From an uncultured bacterium (GTDB taxonomy: Bacteria > Schekmanbacteria > GWA2-38-11 > J061): DNA of 64,000 nucleotides. Positions 49,847 through 62,131 of the stretch are shown here, piece by piece. Numbering within the stretch: the first letter of the stretch is position 1; each line of letters opens with the position of its first letter. The DNA lies in assembly GCA_964549305.1 (NCBI GenBank), contig CAZJVM010000001.1, positions 1 through 64,000 on the forward strand, written 5' to 3'. Under the pieces are notes generated by a model. That model did not search any database, was not told where the DNA came from, and was given only the letters and a program-made list of their open reading frames with translations. The position numbers and the translations under genes were made by a program.

Positions 49847-50773
49847 ATGGATGGTGCAATAACCCTTTTTAAACCTTCGGGCATCACATCCTTTAAGGCG
49901 ACGGAACAGGTTAAACGGATTACAGGGGTAAAGAAATGCGGTCATGGCGGGACTCTTGACCCTGTAGCGGAAGGAGTGCTTCCCATATTCCTCGGAAAAG
50001 CCACAAAAGTCATTCCCTTTATAAAAAATAATGACAAAGCTTATTCCGCGACCATTAAACTCGGAGTTGAAACGGATACGATGGACTGCGAAGGGAAGGT
50101 TGTTTCGGAAAACCCGGCAATAGTGCCTTCCTTTGATGAAGTGGAAAAGGCGGTTTCCTGTTTTGAGGGAGAGATTAGCCAGAGACCTCCCATCTATTCA
50201 GCGCTGAGATACAAGGGGAAACGACTATACGAGTATGCAAGGAAGAATATAGAGATCGAGGTAAAGAAACGCAAAGTAATTATTGATAAGATTGAAATAG
50301 TGTTCTATAAGTATCCTCTTTTAAAAATTAATGTTTACTGTTCTTCCGGCACATATATAAGAAGCCTTGCCCACGATATCGGGGAAGTGCTTGGATGCGG
50401 AGGACACATAGTCGGGTTGCTGAGAACGAAAAGCGGTGATTTCCATATAAAGGAAGCCGTAAATATTGATTCCCTGAAGTCAGAATCGTCGCGAAAGGCG
50501 CTGAAAAGCCATATAAAGGGAATCGATGAGATACTCGCAGGATACGGAGAAGTGAAAGTTTCAGATGAAGTGAAACAAAAGGTACTCTGCGGTTCGCCTG
50601 TCGAAATGGATGATGTAACTGCAATCGGAGACTGCATTGCCGTCACAAGATTGTTGAAAGTTAAGGATTCGGACAATAACCTTTTGGCTATTGCCGAGAT
50701 TGTTTCAGTTAAAGCCGACACTACCGGTTCTGAAAAGAATTTAATTTTAAAAATGAAAAGAGTATTTAATTGA
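49847..50773 (+). CDS. truB: tRNA pseudouridine(55) synthase
   Basis: KPSGITS, GHGGTLDPVAEGVL, PPIYSA, CSSGTYIRSL; likely start ATG 49847. Confidence 0.95.
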   Translation: MDGAITLFKPSGITSFKATEQVKRITGVKKCGHGGTLDPVAEGVLPIFLGKATKVIPFIKNNDKAYSATIKLGVETDTMDCEGKVVSENPAIVPSFDEVEKAVSCFEGEISQRPPIYSALRYKGKRLYEYARKNIEIEVKKRKVIIDKIEIVFYKYPLLKINVYCSSGTYIRSLAHDIGEVLGCGGHIVGLLRTKSGDFHIKEAVNIDSLKSESSRKALKSHIKGIDEILAGYGEVKVSDEVKQKVLCGSPVEMDDVTAIGDCIAVTRLLKVKDSDNNLLAIAEIVSVKADTTGSEKNLILKMKRVFN

Positions 50774-50786
50774 AGGAGGTTGAATA

Positions 50787-51056
50787 GTGGTATTGACAAA
50801 AGAAAAAAAGGCGGAAGTGAAGGACAAATTCAAACTTCACGAAAAGGATACGGGTTCTCCTGAAGTGCAGATTGCGCTTCTTACCGAGAGGATTATATAC
50901 CTCACGGAACATTTCAGAACCCACAAGAAAGACCATCATTCCAGGCGCGGACTTCTCAAGCTCGTAAGCAGAAGAAGAAAGCTTCTCGAATATTTGAAGA
51001 GGCGCAACTATGAAGGATATACGACGATTATTCGCGAACTTGGTTTGAGAAGGTAA
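50787..51056 (+). CDS. rpsO: 30S ribosomal protein S15
   Basis: [25 protein letters not shown]. Confidence 0.98.
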   Translation: MVLTKEKKAEVKDKFKLHEKDTGSPEVQIALLTERIIYLTEHFRTHKKDHHSRRGLLKLVSRRRKLLEYLKRRNYEGYTTIIRELGLRR

Positions 51057-51085
51057 CCTGAGACATTACAAAGGAACAAAATTAA

Positions 51086-53173
51086 ATGGTAAAGAAGCAG
51101 ATTGATTTAGGGGGCAGCACTTTTTCCATAGAGACAGGAAAAGTCGCAAAACAGGCAAACGGTTCGGTGGTTGTTTCTCAGGGTGACGTTGTTGTCCTTG
51201 TTACTGCCGTAAACTCAAAGAAGGACAGAGAGGGAATTGATTTTCTTCCCTTTATGGTTGAATACAGAGAAAAGACATATGCAGCAGGAAAGATTCCCGG
51301 TGGTTTTTTCAAAAGGGAAGGAAGACCCAGTGAAAAGGAAATTTTGACATCACGTATAATTGACCGCCCTTTAAGGCCTTTGTTTCCCGACGGTTACCAC
51401 AAGGATATTCAGGTAATCGCCAATGTACTTTCCACTGATAAGGAATATGATACTGATATAGCGGCGATGAACGGCGCGTCCGCGGCGCTTCTTATATCGG
51501 ATATTCCCTTCAGCACACCGGTGGGTGCAGTAAGGGTCGGGCTTATCGATGGTGAGATGGTAATCAATCCAAAATTCAGCGAACTTGAAAACAGCGACAT
51601 TGATATAGTTATCGCAGGCACGAGAGATGCCGTGCTAATGGTTGAAGGCGAAAGCAGGGAAGTATCGGAAGAGCAGATGCGTGACGCGATCTTCTTCGGT
51701 CACGAGAATCTCATAAAGATGATAGAAATTCAGGAAGAACTTCAGAAGGAAGCGGGAAAGAAGAAGCAGGAAGTGTCAGTGCCTGAAGTGTCGGAGATTT
51801 ACACTGCGCTCAAGGAAAAAGCGGCAGGCAAGCTCGCCGAAGCAATTGCAATAAAGGAAAAGATGGCGCGTCAGGATGCTGTTGAAAAAGTCTTCGCCGA
51901 GGCGTTAGAGGAAATTGCCCCTGATGAGGAAAAGACAGGTGAATTTAAAAGTGCCTTCGAAAAGATAGAGAAGGAATGCGTCAGAAATATGATACTTGAG
52001 AAATCAGTAAGGGCTGACGGCAGGGGCTTAGAGGATATAAGGCCTATTACCTGCGAAGTATCGGTGCTTCCGAGGCCTCACGGTTCGGCGCTTTTTACGA
52101 GAGGCGAAACGCAATCGCTCAGCGTGGTTACTTTGGGTTCGGGAGACGACGAGCAGAGAATTGACGCTCTCGAAGGCGAATTCAAAAAATCCTTTATGCT
52201 TCACTATAATTTTCCTCCTTTTTCAGTGGGCGAGACCAGTAACCGTCTTGCAACGGGAAGAAGGGAAATAGGACACGGAAATCTTGCAGAAAGGGCGTTG
52301 AAAGCGGTAATGCCTGATTCCGAAGAATATCCATACACGGTGAGAGTAGTTTCGGAGATACTTGAATCGAACGGCTCATCTTCAATGGCGACTGTTTGCG
52401 CGGGTTCTCTTGCTCTGATGGATGCCGGCGTTCCCACAAAAAGCCCTGTTGCGGGAATTGCAATGGGACTTGTTAAGGCAGACGACAATGTTGCCATATT
52501 ATCGGATATTCTCGGGCTTGAAGACCATTGCGGAGATATGGATTTCAAAGTTGCCGGAACGCAGAAAGGTATTACGGCTTTTCAGATGGATGTGAAGATA
52601 TCGGGAGTTACCAAAGATATTGTTCAGAATGCGCTTACTCAGGCACACAAAGGAAGAATGCACATTCTCGGAATAATGAACTCTGCTCTTTCGGAACCAA
52701 AAGCAGAGATGTCGCAGTATGCTCCAAGGATAATAACCATCCATATCAATCCTTCAAAAATAGGCGAGGTTATCGGACCGGGCGGAAAGAATATCAGAGG
52801 CATTATAGAAACTACGGGTGCTAAAATAGATATAGATGACAGCGGAAGAGTCAATGTCTCAGCAGTGGAATCTGCCGCGGCAGACAAGGCGGTTGAGATA
52901 ATCAAAGCTATGACGGAAGAGCCTGAAGTGGGAAAGATTTATAACGGAAAAGTTAAAAAAATAATGGACTTCGGAGCTTTTGTTGAAATTATCCCCGGCA
53001 CGGAAGGGCTTGTGCATATCTCAGAGCTTTGCGAAGAGCGTGTCAAAGCCGTGCGGGATATTTTGAATGAGGGAGACGAGGTTCCTGTCAAGCTTATAGA
53101 TATAGACAGGGAAAAAAGACTCAGACTTAGCCGTAAGGAAGCTCTCCGCGCAATTGAAAAAGAAAAAAAATGA
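51086..53173 (+). CDS. pnp: Polyribonucleotide nucleotidyltransferase
   Basis: ETGKVAKQANGS, GKIPGGFFKREGRP, RREIGHG, SNGSSSMA, GDMDFKVAG; KH and S1 domains. Confidence 0.98.
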   Translation: MVKKQIDLGGSTFSIETGKVAKQANGSVVVSQGDVVVLVTAVNSKKDREGIDFLPFMVEYREKTYAAGKIPGGFFKREGRPSEKEILTSRIIDRPLRPLFPDGYHKDIQVIANVLSTDKEYDTDIAAMNGASAALLISDIPFSTPVGAVRVGLIDGEMVINPKFSELENSDIDIVIAGTRDAVLMVEGESREVSEEQMRDAIFFGHENLIKMIEIQEELQKEAGKKKQEVSVPEVSEIYTALKEKAAGKLAEAIAIKEKMARQDAVEKVFAEALEEIAPDEEKTGEFKSAFEKIEKECVRNMILEKSVRADGRGLEDIRPITCEVSVLPRPHGSALFTRGETQSLSVVTLGSGDDEQRIDALEGEFKKSFMLHYNFPPFSVGETSNRLATGRREIGHGNLAERALKAVMPDSEEYPYTVRVVSEILESNGSSSMATVCAGSLALMDAGVPTKSPVAGIAMGLVKADDNVAILSDILGLEDHCGDMDFKVAGTQKGITAFQMDVKISGVTKDIVQNALTQAHKGRMHILGIMNSALSEPKAEMSQYAPRIITIHINPSKIGEVIGPGGKNIRGIIETTGAKIDIDDSGRVNVSAVESAAADKAVEIIKAMTEEPEVGKIYNGKVKKIMDFGAFVEIIPGTEGLVHISELCEERVKAVRDILNEGDEVPVKLIDIDREKRLRLSRKEALRAIEKEKK

Positions 53174-53186
53174 TCTCCGCCATGAA

Positions 53187-54452
53187 ATGTTTTTGAAAAA
53201 ATCCCTTTCCGGGGGAGCGACTCTTGTAGCCGAATATGTTCCGCACGTAAGGTCAGTGTCAGTGGGCGTGTGGATTAATTTTGGTTCAAGGGACGAACCG
53301 CGGGAATTCAACGGAGTTTCTCATTTTATAGAGCATCTGCTTTTCAAGGGCACAGGTAGGCGCACGGCAAAGGATATTGCCACTGTCATCGACAGAATAG
53401 GCGGATACTGCGATGCCTTTACGAGCAGGGAATATACCTGTGTTTATATTCAGGCAATGGATTCCCAGCTTGAAACCATTTTTGACCTTCTTTCGGATAT
53501 TGTCATTCATTCCTCATTCGACCCAGTGGAGTTCAAAAGGGAAAAGGATGTTATATTCGAAGAGATCAGAATGACTGCCGACATTCCTGACGATGAACTT
53601 TTTGACATTTTTTTCAGTTCAATTTACAAAAATCATCCTTTGGGAAATCCCATTCAGGGCACTATGAGTTCAGTTAGAAAAATGGATGACGTCAACATAA
53701 GAAAAATTTTCAGGAAATATTATACGCCTTCGCTGATGACCCTTTCGGTTGCGGGGAATTTCGATAAAAAAAATCTTAATGAATTGTCGGAAAAATATTT
53801 TGGATTTGACGGCAAAAAGCCACGCCGAAATCCTCTGAAAAGGCAAACGCCAGTTTTTTCATCTGAGAACATTTTAAAAAACAGAAAGCTCGAACAAGCG
53901 CATCTATGCGTAGCGTTTCCGGGAATAAAGCAGAAAAGCAAATACAGGTATGCCAAATATCTTCTCAACCTCATATTGGGCGGAACTATAAGTTCGAGAT
54001 TGTTTCAGAAGGTGCGGGAAGAAAGAGGTCTCGCGTACAATATTTACTCCTATTATTTTTCCTTTGAAGACACGGGCATTACGGGAATATATGCCGCGTC
54101 AAATGCTTCCAACATCTCTGAAATAATAAAACTGTCCATTGCCGAATGCGAGAATATAGTGGCAAAGGGCGTCGGGGAAGAGGAGTTGTCAATTGCCAAG
54201 GAAAACCTCAAGGGGAATTATATGCTTTCCCTTGAAAGTATGAACAGCAGAATGATTAAGCTTGCAAAGCAGGAGATGTTTTTCGGGAAATTTTACGGAC
54301 TAGACAATATTCTGAACGAAATCGACTCCGTTACCTCTGAAGATTTGCAGAAATTGATGAAACTGATGTATAAGGCGGAAAAACTTTCCGCAGTGGTACT
54401 CGGACCCGTAGCAGGGGTGCTTAAAAAGAAGGATTTGATGATAAGCCGTTAA
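53187..54452 (+). CDS. M16 (pitrilysin-family) zinc peptidase
   Basis: Inverted zinc motif HFIEH, SSRLFQKVREERGLAY; usual position after pnp. Confidence 0.9.
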   Translation: MFLKKSLSGGATLVAEYVPHVRSVSVGVWINFGSRDEPREFNGVSHFIEHLLFKGTGRRTAKDIATVIDRIGGYCDAFTSREYTCVYIQAMDSQLETIFDLLSDIVIHSSFDPVEFKREKDVIFEEIRMTADIPDDELFDIFFSSIYKNHPLGNPIQGTMSSVRKMDDVNIRKIFRKYYTPSLMTLSVAGNFDKKNLNELSEKYFGFDGKKPRRNPLKRQTPVFSSENILKNRKLEQAHLCVAFPGIKQKSKYRYAKYLLNLILGGTISSRLFQKVREERGLAYNIYSYYFSFEDTGITGIYAASNASNISEIIKLSIAECENIVAKGVGEEELSIAKENLKGNYMLSLESMNSRMIKLAKQEMFFGKFYGLDNILNEIDSVTSEDLQKLMKLMYKAEKLSAVVLGPVAGVLKKKDLMISR

Positions 54453-54473
54453 AAGATATTAAGGAGAAATAAG

Positions 54474-55766
54474 GTGATTCCAAGATATTCAAGACCTGAA
54501 ATGGCGAAGATATGGACAGAAGAGAACAAGTTCAGAAAATTTCTCGATGTGGAAATTATGGTCTGCGAAGCACTTTGCAAAAAGGGGGAGATTCCGGAAG
54601 CATCTTTGAAGGTTATTAAAAAGAAGGCGGCATTTGATGTAACCCGCATCGAGGAAATTGAGAAAGTAACGAAACACGATGTCATCGCGTTTCTCACCAA
54701 TGTAGCTGAAAATGTGGGAAAGGATTCACGCTTCATTCATATGGGATTGACTTCGTCGGATATTCTCGACACGGGTCTTTCACTTCAGATTAAGGAAGCT
54801 TCCGATATAATAATCAGGGATATAAAGGAAGTGATGAAGTCTATCAAGAAACTTGCCCTGAAACATAAGAGAAGCATTATGGCAGGGCGCTCTCACGGAA
54901 TGCACGCGGAACCTGTTACATTCGGACTTAAGATGGCGGTTTGGTACGATGAGATGAAAAGAAACCTGAAACGGGTGAAGCAGGCCAGGGAGGTTATATC
55001 CTATGGAAAGATATCAGGCGCTGTGGGGACATTCGCTAACATAAGTCCCGATGTGGAGAAATATGTATGCAAGGGACTTGGGCTGAAAAACGCTCCTGCC
55101 TCGACGCAGATTCTTCAGAGAGACCGTCACGCGGAGTTTCTCACCGCGCTTGCGCTTACGGCATCGTCGCTCGAAAAGTTTGCCGTTGAAATAAGGCATC
55201 TTCAGAGGACTGAAGTTGCCGAAGCGGAAGAGTTTTTTTCCAAGGGACAGAAGGGTTCTTCGGCAATGCCTCACAAGAGAAATCCGATAACCTGTGAAAG
55301 AATAACCGGACTTGCCCGCCTCATAAGGGGTAACGCGATGGCGGCAATGGAGAATGTAGCGCTCTGGCACGAAAGAGATATCAGCCATTCGTCTGTTGAG
55401 CGCATCATAATGCCTGACAGCACAATACTCCTCGATTATATGCTCGATAAGATGGCAAAGCTTCTTGCGAACCTTGTGGTTAAGCCGGAAAATATGAAGA
55501 AAAATCTCGAGCTTAACGGCGGAGTTATTTTCTCGCAGGCGGTTCTTCTGCGTCTTGTGGACTGCGGTATAACCAGAGAAGCGGCATATGAAATTGTTCA
55601 GAGAAACGCGATGAAAGCCCTCAAAAGTTCCTCTGATTTTAAAAGCTGTCTTCTTTCTGATAATGAGATGTTGAAGCATCTCCCGGCTTCTGATATACGG
55701 AAAATCTTTGATTACAAATATCACACCAAAAACATAGATAAAATTTTCAGGCGCGTGTTTAAATAG
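54474..55766 (+). CDS. purB: Adenylosuccinate lyase
   Basis: MIPRYS, TKHDVIAF, GRSHGMHAEP, GSSAMPHKRNP, WHERDISHSS. Confidence 0.97.
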   Translation: MIPRYSRPEMAKIWTEENKFRKFLDVEIMVCEALCKKGEIPEASLKVIKKKAAFDVTRIEEIEKVTKHDVIAFLTNVAENVGKDSRFIHMGLTSSDILDTGLSLQIKEASDIIIRDIKEVMKSIKKLALKHKRSIMAGRSHGMHAEPVTFGLKMAVWYDEMKRNLKRVKQAREVISYGKISGAVGTFANISPDVEKYVCKGLGLKNAPASTQILQRDRHAEFLTALALTASSLEKFAVEIRHLQRTEVAEAEEFFSKGQKGSSAMPHKRNPITCERITGLARLIRGNAMAAMENVALWHERDISHSSVERIIMPDSTILLDYMLDKMAKLLANLVVKPENMKKNLELNGGVIFSQAVLLRLVDCGITREAAYEIVQRNAMKALKSSSDFKSCLLSDNEMLKHLPASDIRKIFDYKYHTKNIDKIFRRVFK

Positions 55767-55793
55767 TCTGCCGCTTTAACAGGGAAACGGAAA

Positions 55794-56036
55794 ATGAAAA
55801 AAGTAAAAGTTTTTGTAAAATTAAAGGAAGGTGTCCTTGACCCTCAGGGGAAAGCCGTAAAAAACTCTCTCGCATCGCTGGGATTTAATTCGGTGACAGA
55901 TGTTCGAGTAGGAAAGTATATTGAACTAAATATAGACGAAGATGACAGCGGGAGTGTGAAGGAAGAAGTTGACAAGATGTGTAAAAAACTTCTCGCAAAT
56001 CCCGTAATAGAAACCTTTGAAGTCAAGATTGACTGA
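55794..56036 (+). CDS. purS: FGAM synthase subunit PurS
   Basis: [27 protein letters not shown]. Confidence 0.96.
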   Translation: MKKVKVFVKLKEGVLDPQGKAVKNSLASLGFNSVTDVRVGKYIELNIDEDDSGSVKEEVDKMCKKLLANPVIETFEVKID

Positions 56037-56037
56037 T

Positions 56038-56952
56038 ATGAATACCTCTAAAGAATTGTCGACTGGCGATGTAGTGCTTGAAACAAATCTTCCCGGCCTT
56101 AATCTTGTAAGACAGGGCAAGGTGCGCGATATTTACGACCTTGACGACAAACTTCTCATTGTGGCGACGGACAGGTTATCGGCATTCGATGTCATAATGG
56201 CGGAGGGGATTCCATACAAGGGAAAGGTACTTACTCAGATTTCAAAATTCTGGTTCAGACAGATAGGAGATATCGTTCCGAATCATATAATAAGTTTTGA
56301 CACTGCCGACTTTCCGAGGGAATGCGCTGAATACAGCCATATACTTGAAGGAAGAAGCATGCTCGTGGAAAAAACCGAGGTTGTGCCTGTTGAGTGTGTC
56401 GTGCGGGGATATCTTTCAGGTTCGGCATACGAGGAATATTTAAAAACCGGAGGAGTGGTCTCGGGGATAAACCTCGGCAAGGGACTTCTTGAATCATCAA
56501 AACTCGAAAGGCCTATTTTTACTCCTTCCACAAAAGCCGAAAGCGGACACGACGAGAATATCACATTCGAAGAGATGGAAAAAAATGTTGGCAGTGAATT
56601 GTCCCGCTCGCTGAGAAAATACAGTATTTCCGTATATGAGAGAGCAAGGTCTGTTGCAGACAAAAAGGGAATAATAGTTGCCGATACTAAGTTTGAATTC
56701 GGACGGAAAAACGGCGAAATAATTCTCATAGACGAGGTGCTGACACCGGATTCTTCCAGATTCTGGCCCAAAGACGAATATTCTCCGGGGCGTCCGCAGA
56801 GCAGTTTTGACAAACAGTTTGTCAGGGATTATCTAAAAAGCACCGGTTGGGACAAGACACCCCCTCCGCCCGCATTGCCCGATGATATCATTATCAAGAC
56901 CAGCAATAAATATCTTGACGCTCTTCAAAAACTCACAGGCGTAACAAATTAA
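56038..56952 (+). CDS. purC: SAICAR synthetase
   Basis: [52 protein letters not shown]. Confidence 0.96.
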   Translation: MNTSKELSTGDVVLETNLPGLNLVRQGKVRDIYDLDDKLLIVATDRLSAFDVIMAEGIPYKGKVLTQISKFWFRQIGDIVPNHIISFDTADFPRECAEYSHILEGRSMLVEKTEVVPVECVVRGYLSGSAYEEYLKTGGVVSGINLGKGLLESSKLERPIFTPSTKAESGHDENITFEEMEKNVGSELSRSLRKYSISVYERARSVADKKGIIVADTKFEFGRKNGEIILIDEVLTPDSSRFWPKDEYSPGRPQSSFDKQFVRDYLKSTGWDKTPPPPALPDDIIIKTSNKYLDALQKLTGVTN

Positions 56953-56967
56953 TGAGGTTTTCTTTCA

Positions 56968-57663
56968 ATGAAATTTGGAATTGTAGTTTTCCCCGGTTCT
57001 AATTGCGACAGAGACTGTTTCAGGGTGGTAAAAGATGTGCTTAAGGAAGAAGCAATCTATATATGGCACAAGGACAAGGATTTGTCGGGAGTTGACTGTA
57101 TAATCCTTCCCGGAGGTTTTTCATACGGCGATTATTTGCGCACCGGTTCCATTGCAAGCTATTCGCCCGTAATGGAGAATGTCGTGAAATTTGCCTCCAA
57201 CGGAGGGTATATTATCGGCATTTGCAACGGATTTCAGATTTTGCTCGAATCGGGACTGCTTCCCGGCGCAATGATAAAGAACAAGTCATTGAAGTTTATC
57301 TGCAGAAATGTGAATATCAAAGTGGAAAACACAGGCACTCCCTTTACCCTTAAATACAATTCGGGCGATGTTCTCACGATACCGATTGCGCATTCCGACG
57401 GAAATTACTTCGCTGAGGAAGACACGCTTAAAAATCTTGAAGAAAACGGACAGATAGTTTTCAAATATTGTTCTTCCGAAGGATCGGTTTCTGAAGATTT
57501 TAACCCGAACGGGTCACGCAATAATATCGCGGGAATATGCAGTGAAAATGGCAGGGTGCTCGGTATGATGCCTCACCCCGAAAGAGTTTCCGAAAGCATT
57601 CTCGGAAGCGACGACGGAGTCGGAATCTTTAAATCAATAACAGAAAGCGTTTTGAAAAAATGA
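56968..57663 (+). CDS. purQ: FGAM synthase glutaminase subunit PurQ
   Basis: [33 protein letters not shown]. Confidence 0.97.
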   Translation: MKFGIVVFPGSNCDRDCFRVVKDVLKEEAIYIWHKDKDLSGVDCIILPGGFSYGDYLRTGSIASYSPVMENVVKFASNGGYIIGICNGFQILLESGLLPGAMIKNKSLKFICRNVNIKVENTGTPFTLKYNSGDVLTIPIAHSDGNYFAEEDTLKNLEENGQIVFKYCSSEGSVSEDFNPNGSRNNIAGICSENGRVLGMMPHPERVSESILGSDDGVGIFKSITESVLKK

Positions 57664-59891
57664 AAGAACCTGAAATAACCGATGAGCTTATAGAAAGTCA
57701 CGGGCTTTCAAAGGAAGACTATTCAAGAATATGTGAAATACTTGGAAGAAAACCCGGTTATACGGAGCTTGGAATATTTTCCGTAATGTGGAGTGAGCAT
57801 TGCAGTTATAAAAGCTCAAAGCCCTATCTCAGAAACTTTCCCACTCAGGCGCCTTGGGTTGTTCAGGGACCGGGAGAAAATGCGGGAATAATAGACATAG
57901 GTGACGGACTGGTTGCCGTATTTAAAATTGAAAGCCATAATCATCCTTCCTTTATAGAGCCATATCAGGGTGCCGCAACGGGAGTAGGAGGAATTTTAAG
58001 AGATATTTTCACAATGGGCGCCAGACCGGTGGCTAATCTCAATTCCCTGCGCTTCGGAAATGTAAATAACCCAAGAACAAAATATATAATAGAGGAAGTC
58101 GTGGCGGGAATTGCCGGATACGGCAATTGCATGGGAATACCAACTGTTGGAGGAGAGGTCTATTTTGATGATTGTTACGACAGCAATCCGCTCGTGAATG
58201 CTTTTACTCTTGGCATAGCGAAGAAGGACAATATTTTTTACGGTGTAGCAACGGGAGTCGGTAATCCCGTAATCTACATTGGTTCAAAAACAGGGCGCGA
58301 TGGAATACACGGTGCCACGATGGCATCGGAGGAGTTTGACGAGGGTTCTGAAGAGAGAAGACCTACGGTGCAGGTGGGTGACCCCTTTACTGAAAAACTT
58401 CTTCTCGAAGCGTGCCTTGAATTAATGTCGAAGAATTGCATTCTCGGTATACAGGATATGGGTGCAGCGGGATTGACCTGCTCTACGGCGGAAATGGCGG
58501 CGCGCGCGGATACAGGGATAGAGATTGAGCTGAACAAAGTGCCTTTGAGAGAAGAGGGAATGATTCCCTATGAAATAATGCTTTCCGAATCACAGGAGAG
58601 AATGCTTCTTGTGACGGACAAGGGTAGGGAAGGCGAAGTGCTCGAAGTACTCAAAAAATGGGACCTCGATGCGGCAGTTATCGGCGAAGTTACGGATACA
58701 GGGAAATTTACCGTAAAGCAAAACGGAAAAGTCGTTTCCGATATCCCCGTAAAATCACTGACCGATGACATTTCCTCGGGAAAAAGAGATGTTGAAAGAC
58801 CGAAATGGATAGACGAGATGGAGTTGAAAGAGACGGAATATACCTTGAATCCGTCAGACGCGGAGAGGGTATTTGAAGAGATAATTCTATCACCGGATAT
58901 TTTGAGCAGGGAATGGATTTATGACCAATATGACCATATGGTTGGAATAAATACAGTCGAGCTTCCGGGTTCGGATTCCGCAGTCATTCGTGTTGAAGAA
59001 TCAGGCAAAGGGCTTGCAATCGCTCTTGACGGTAACGGCAGGTATTGCTTTATGAATCCCTATGAGGGGGGGAAATCATCAGTCGCGGAATGTGCGAGAA
59101 ATATATCCTGCACGGGTGCGCAACCTCTTGCCATCACAAATTGCCTTAATTTCGGAAACCCCGAAAGATCCGATGTGATGTGGCAGTTTTCAGAAGCAGT
59201 GCGCGGAATCATAGACGCCTGCAACAAGCTGAATACTCCTGTTACAGGCGGGAATGTGAGTTTTTACAATGAAACCATAGGCAAGGGAGTTTATCCCACT
59301 CCCGTTATAGGCATGGTTGGGGTTATAGACAATACTGAGAACAGATGCACTCAGGGTTTCAAAAACGAAGGAGATATTATTTTCCTTTTAGGTGAGAACC
59401 AAAGGGAAATGGGCGGAAGTCTCTATCAGAAATTTATTTGCAATGAAACGGCAGGTAAACTTCCTGTATGCAATCTTGATAAAGAAGTATCTCTTCATAA
59501 CGTCTTAAGAGAGGCAATTTCGTCAAAGTTGATAAATGCCGCGCACGATTGTTCTGACGGAGGGTTGGCGACAACGCTTGCCGAAATGTGTTTTGCTTCT
59601 AAAAAAGGTCTTGGCGCGGAAATTAATATTGCGGAAGATATTCCACCCATTGCCGTACTTTTCGGCGAGGCGCAGTCGCGCGCCGTTGTGACCTGCCATG
59701 AAAATAATATGGAACAGCTCAAGGAATTGCTAAGTAAATTCCCGGTTAAAACGACAATAATCGGAAAGGTAGCGCGGGATGATTTAAAAATCAGAGTCTC
59801 ATCTAAAGGAACTGATATCTCAATTGAAAAAAATGTTTCGAAACTCAGGGACAAATGGAAAGGCGGAGTTAAGAATCTTGTGGCAAAGTGA
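57660..59891 (+). CDS. purL: FGAM synthase subunit PurL (small type)
   Basis: [51 protein letters not shown]. Confidence 0.97.
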   Translation: MKEPEITDELIESHGLSKEDYSRICEILGRKPGYTELGIFSVMWSEHCSYKSSKPYLRNFPTQAPWVVQGPGENAGIIDIGDGLVAVFKIESHNHPSFIEPYQGAATGVGGILRDIFTMGARPVANLNSLRFGNVNNPRTKYIIEEVVAGIAGYGNCMGIPTVGGEVYFDDCYDSNPLVNAFTLGIAKKDNIFYGVATGVGNPVIYIGSKTGRDGIHGATMASEEFDEGSEERRPTVQVGDPFTEKLLLEACLELMSKNCILGIQDMGAAGLTCSTAEMAARADTGIEIELNKVPLREEGMIPYEIMLSESQERMLLVTDKGREGEVLEVLKKWDLDAAVIGEVTDTGKFTVKQNGKVVSDIPVKSLTDDISSGKRDVERPKWIDEMELKETEYTLNPSDAERVFEEIILSPDILSREWIYDQYDHMVGINTVELPGSDSAVIRVEESGKGLAIALDGNGRYCFMNPYEGGKSSVAECARNISCTGAQPLAITNCLNFGNPERSDVMWQFSEAVRGIIDACNKLNTPVTGGNVSFYNETIGKGVYPTPVIGMVGVIDNTENRCTQGFKNEGDIIFLLGENQREMGGSLYQKFICNETAGKLPVCNLDKEVSLHNVLREAISSKLINAAHDCSDGGLATTLAEMCFASKKGLGAEINIAEDIPPIAVLFGEAQSRAVVTCHENNMEQLKELLSKFPVKTTIIGKVARDDLKIRVSSKGTDISIEKNVSKLRDKWKGGVKNLVAK

Positions 59892-61287
59892 CAATAAAAA
59901 AGATGTCTTTCAGGAAAATTGCGGAGTATTCGGGATCTATAATCATTCCGAAGCGGCAAACCTCACATACCTTGGACTTTACGCGCTTCAGCACCGCGGT
60001 CAGGAAGGCGCCGGAATCTGCACATTCGACGAAACGGGACTTCATCATTCAAAGGCGCGTGGACTTGTCGCCGAAATATTTACGGCTGAAAAATTGAGAC
60101 GCCTCAGAGGCAATAAAGCGATAGGGCACAACCGCTACTCCACAACTGGACAGAGCAAGCTTAAAAACGTTCAGCCCTTTTACGCTAATTATTCATTCGG
60201 CAGCATAGCGATAGGGCACAACGGTAATATAGTAAACGCAAAATTGCTGCGGGAAAAACTTCAGGACAAAGGCGCTATCTTTCTTTCTTCAACTGACACC
60301 GAGGTTATCATTCATCTGATTGCGCAGTCATCGCAAAACAATATAATCGACCGTATCATAGATTCTTTAAATCAGGTTACGGGAGCATATTCCCTCGTTA
60401 TACTTACAAAAAACGAACTTATCGGTGTAAGAGATCCGCGTGGTTTCAGGCCTCTCGTAACCGGTGTCGTTGACGGCGCTCCTGTGCTTGCTTCGGAAAC
60501 ATGCGCGCTTGATTTGATAGGCGCGCAGGATGTAAGGGAAGTGGAAGCAGGAGAGATGATTATTATCAATGACGAGGGTGTTCGCAGTATAAAGCCCTTT
60601 GAAAAGCTTAAAAGCTCGTTGTGCATATTCGAATTTATCTATTTTGCCAGACCCGACAGCAAAATCTTCGGTCGAAGCGTCTATGATGTGCGAAAAGAAT
60701 TCGGACGCCAGCTTGCCAGGGTAAATAAAGTGGCTGCGGATGTGGTAATTCCGGTGCCGGATTCCGGCGTAGTAGCGGCACTCGGTTATTCCGAGGAATC
60801 GGGAATCCCTTTTGATACGGGGTTGATACGCAATCACTATGTGGGAAGAACATTTATTGAACCTAAACAGGCAATAAGGCATTTCGGTGTCAAAATAAAA
60901 TTAAATCCCGTGGAAAGTGTTATAAGGGGAAAGAGAGTTGTAATAATCGATGACAGCATCGTGCGCGGAACGACGAGTAAAAAAATTGTCAAGATGATAC
61001 GTGACGCGGGAGCAAAGGAAGTGCATATGCGCATAAGTTCGCCTCCAACGGAATATCCCTGTTTTTACGGAATCGATACACCTACGAGGGGAGAATTAAT
61101 CGCGTCCTTTAATGATATTGACCATATCAGGGATTTTATAAAAGCCGACTCACTTTCATATCTCGATATGAATGCCATGCAGAATACCGTACAAGATAAC
61201 GGCGGACAATTCTGCAAGGCGTGTTTTACGGGAAAATATCCCGTTGAGCCGGTTAACGGTGAGAACAATCAGCTGAGACTGCTTTAA
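59878..61287 (+). CDS. purF: Amidophosphoribosyltransferase (propeptide / Fe-S type)
   Basis: ENCGVFG (N-terminal nucleophile Cys after a short propeptide), [36 protein letters not shown]. Start TTG 59878 inferred. Confidence 0.95.
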   Translation: MWQSDNKKDVFQENCGVFGIYNHSEAANLTYLGLYALQHRGQEGAGICTFDETGLHHSKARGLVAEIFTAEKLRRLRGNKAIGHNRYSTTGQSKLKNVQPFYANYSFGSIAIGHNGNIVNAKLLREKLQDKGAIFLSSTDTEVIIHLIAQSSQNNIIDRIIDSLNQVTGAYSLVILTKNELIGVRDPRGFRPLVTGVVDGAPVLASETCALDLIGAQDVREVEAGEMIIINDEGVRSIKPFEKLKSSLCIFEFIYFARPDSKIFGRSVYDVRKEFGRQLARVNKVAADVVIPVPDSGVVAALGYSEESGIPFDTGLIRNHYVGRTFIEPKQAIRHFGVKIKLNPVESVIRGKRVVIIDDSIVRGTTSKKIVKMIRDAGAKEVHMRISSPPTEYPCFYGIDTPTRGELIASFNDIDHIRDFIKADSLSYLDMNAMQNTVQDNGGQFCKACFTGKYPVEPVNGENNQLRLL

Positions 61288-61297
61288 CCTTCTTCAA

Positions 61298-62131
61298 CTA
61301 CGAATGCATTTTTCTTGAATACTCCGAGCAAAACTCCGCCCCGATAATGATGATTGCGCAGGATATGTAAATCCATCCCATAGTTGCAATCAAGGTCGCG
61401 ACCGGTCCGAAAAGAAGCTGATAGTCGGTGAAATAGGTTGTTACGAAGACTATATAGCAGTAAAGAAAAAATACCCAGATTACAGTTGTGATTATGGTAG
61501 TTGTCAGTATTTCCCGGAATGTGACAAAGGTGTTCGGAAGAAATTTATAGAAAGAAAGAAAAAGAAGAAAAGCTGTTGTGGAAGTAAGTATGATATTGGT
61601 CACATCCTGCATTGGAATAATCTTGTAAAGATTGTCTGGCAGAAGAGGAAGCTTGCTTATAAATAGAAGTAGCGAAGTTGAAGAAATCGAGACAAGCATT
61701 ATCACCCCTGTAATAAACATAAGCACCACGGAAAGAAACTTTTTCCGGATGAAATGCCTTTCTGATTTCACTTTCCACGCTTTATTTACCGCTTCCTCAA
61801 GGGCAGTAAAAAAATAAACCGCCGGCCAGATTAAAATTACGAGTCCGATGATTCCGAGCTTTTGTTTTAATTCCACTGTGTAATCTATGGTTTTAATTAT
61901 AGATGGCTTTATTGTGGGAAAAACGTCCTGAAAGAAATTCTGGGCATTATTTTTGATTTCCGGTGAATCGATGATAAACCCCAGTACGGAAAAGAAGATA
62001 AGGATTAAGGGGAAAAGTGAAAAAAAAGCGTAAAATGCAAGCGCTGCCGCCCTTGTCGCTCCTTCATTTTCTATGGTGTTTTTTATTGCAGTTCTATAGA
62101 TGGATAGAATATTTAAAATCTTTTTGAGCAT
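61298..62131 (-). CDS. YihY/BrkB family inner membrane protein
   Basis: AAALAFYAFFSLFP, AVNKAW, YKFLP, FGPVATLIATMGWIYIS...GAE. Likely start ATG 62131. Confidence 0.88.
   Translation of the reverse strand: MLKKILNILSIYRTAIKNTIENEGATRAAALAFYAFFSLFPLILIFFSVLGFIIDSPEIKNNAQNFFQDVFPTIKPSIIKTIDYTVELKQKLGIIGLVILIWPAVYFFTALEEAVNKAWKVKSERHFIRKKFLSVVLMFITGVIMLVSISSTSLLLFISKLPLLPDNLYKIIPMQDVTNIILTSTTAFLLFLSFYKFLPNTFVTFREILTTTIITTVIWVFFLYCYIVFVTTYFTDYQLLFGPVATLIATMGWIYISCAIIIIGAEFCSEYSRKMHS

Noticed and set aside
55014-55724. 236-aa antisense ORF, and similar ones at 17620..18105, 39093..39614, 42212..42757, 56283..56813 and 60367..60882
   Set aside because: They lie wholly opposite conserved genes and show no recognisable motifs, as expected from codon-bias shadows.
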